Below are positions 62,357-64,000 of a DNA stretch of 64,000 nt, piece after piece. The translations under genes were made by a program, and so were the position numbers. Source of the stretch: Psammoneis japonica (taxonomy: Eukaryota); contig QPGO01000082.1 in the NCBI GenBank assembly GCA_008632985.1, positions 62,001 through 126,000 on the forward strand, in the 5' to 3' direction. Within the stretch, counting starts at the first letter, position 1, and the number at the start of each line of letters is the position of its first letter. The notes under the pieces were generated by a model. It was given only the letters and a program-made list of their open reading frames with translations, was not told the origin of the DNA and made no database searches.

Positions 62357-62654
62357 TATATAACATAGTATTTAAATTAGAATGGAAAATGGCACTACAG
62401 TACCTCTAATCTCTACTATTCCTACTCTCTAGAACTCTAGAGGGTATGAGTAGGTATCTTGGACCTTGGACCATCGTCATGGAGCATGCTGGGATGAGTC
62501 GAACGATTCCAATAGGTCGAACAATTCGAATGATCCGACGGATGAAGAAGCAAATCGAAAAATGTCTGCCCATCCCCCCTCACCGTTCGCCACCACGACG
62601 ATGTCATTTCGCATAGGTACAATTTTCACCGCCGTAACCGCCGTATCATTGACC

Positions 62655-63992
62655 ATGTCGACGGAGGAAACGGCACCCGCTCCTGCCCCAGAGCAAGCTG
62701 AGGACAATGCTGCTGCGGCTCAAGCCGCTGCTGCGTCGCAGGCTCAGTCGGAACGCGAACAAGTGTTGGAGCAGTATCGCGCTAAGATCCGCGAGCACCG
62801 GGAAGTCGAAGCTCGGTTGAAGCGCATGCGAGAAGACGTCAAGGGCCTTGTGGCACGCTATCAAAAGACCGAAGATGATCTTGCGGCTCTCCAATCAGTC
62901 GGTCAAATTATCGGTGACGTGCTGAAGAAGTTGGACGCGGAGCGGTTCATCGTCAAGGCGAGTTCCGGACCGCGTTATGTTGTGGGAAGTCGCTCGAGGC
63001 TCAACCACGACAAACTGAAACCGGGAACTCGTGTGGCGTTGGATATGACAACGCTGACCATTATGAGGGTCTTACCGAGAGAGGTAGACCCGACAGTCTT
63101 TCATATGCAGTCATCAGAAGAGGACGCGGTGTGAGCTTTTCTGATATCGGTGGGTTGAACGAACAGATCCGTGAACTGAGGGAGGTTATTGAGTTGCCTC
63201 TTACCAACCCGGAACTCTTTCTTCGGGTTGGAATCAAGGTAAATGGTTACAGAGGATTGAAGTTGCAAACTTGTGTTACGCCATGAGCTTACTTTTGTCT
63301 TTTTGTGTCTACTTCAGGCTCCAAAAGGTGTCTTGTTGTACGGTCCTCCCGGCACAGGCAAGACCTTGCTAGCACGTGCCTTGGCATCTAACATTAACGC
63401 CACATTTCTCAAAGTAGTGGCCTCCGCTATTGTCGACAAGTACATTGGAGAGTCTGCCCGTATCATTCGTGAAATGTTTGGTTTTGCTCGCGACCACGAA
63501 CCCTGTGTCATTTTCATGGATGAGATTGACGCCATTGGAGGATCTCGTTTCTCCGAAGGTACCTCTGCAGATCGTGAAATTCAGAGAACACTCATGGAAC
63601 TCTTGAATCAAATGGACGGTTTTGAAGAACAGGGGCAAGTCAAGATGGTAATGGCTACGAACCGGCCCGATATTTTAGACCCTGCGTTGCTCCGACCGGG
63701 ACGTCTTGACCGCAAGATTGAAATCCCGGAACCCAACGAAACGCAACGATTGGAAATTCTAAAGATTCACGCTGCAGGTATTACCAAGCGCGGTGATGTG
63801 GACTTTGAGAGTGTCGTCAAGTTGGCTGATGGACTCAACGGAGCCGACATGCGCAATATTTGCACCGAAGCGGGTCTCTTTGCGATTCGGTCGGACCGAG
63901 ACTACGTCTTGGAAGAGGATTTTATGAAGGCTGCAAGGAAAATATTGGACTCGAAGAAATTGGAATCGAAATTGGATTACAGCAAGGTCTAG
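62655..63992 (+). CDS. RPT4: 26S proteasome AAA-ATPase subunit Rpt4 (10B)
   Basis: [63 protein letters not shown]. Intron 63239-63317. One-base frameshift at about 63127. Confidence 0.95.
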
Positions 63993-64000
63993 TGGAGTGT

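Noticed and set aside
63120..63135. Frameshifts in RPT4, APC5, the second PLAC8 and the peptidase, read as pseudogenes or programmed frameshifting
   Set aside because: They are small indels, often in short runs, in otherwise well-conserved genes. Long-read consensus error is more likely; read mapping would settle it.

Overview
Eukaryotic nuclear DNA, most likely a diatom. Support: compact genes with short GT-AG introns, an ASAF-type bipartite plastid targeting signal, and a CoDi-like Copia element. About 12 apparently functional host genes are present: F-box/SPRY, two PLAC8, JmjC-like, a secreted M64-type peptidase, an FAD monooxygenase, APC5, an ARM-repeat protein, a 2Fe-2S/TPR protein, a Ycf49-like plastid protein, RPT4, and one low-complexity protein. 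Between them lie transposon/pseudogene blocks: a complete TIR+TSD Mutator-like element with an OTU protease domain, two foldback/MITE elements, a CRE-like LINE relic, a Copia relic, and fragments of host genes. The main signal is that these blocks (about 3.5-10.5, 12.6-15.4, 17.2-22.1, 35.4-36.1 and 41.2-53.3 kb) have lost almost all TpA dinucleotides by directional TpA->TpG/CpA change, i.e. A->G on either strand. This is visible between two gene copies inside the window and as Tyr->Cys/His replacement at conserved motifs. It suggests a repeat-targeted, adenine-directed hypermutation (RIP-like genome defence) distinct from fungal C->T RIP and from CpG decay. I found no candidate enzyme for it in the window. 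Several host genes carry single-base frameshifts that are probably assembly errors. All family calls come from motif recognition by eye, not from database searches.
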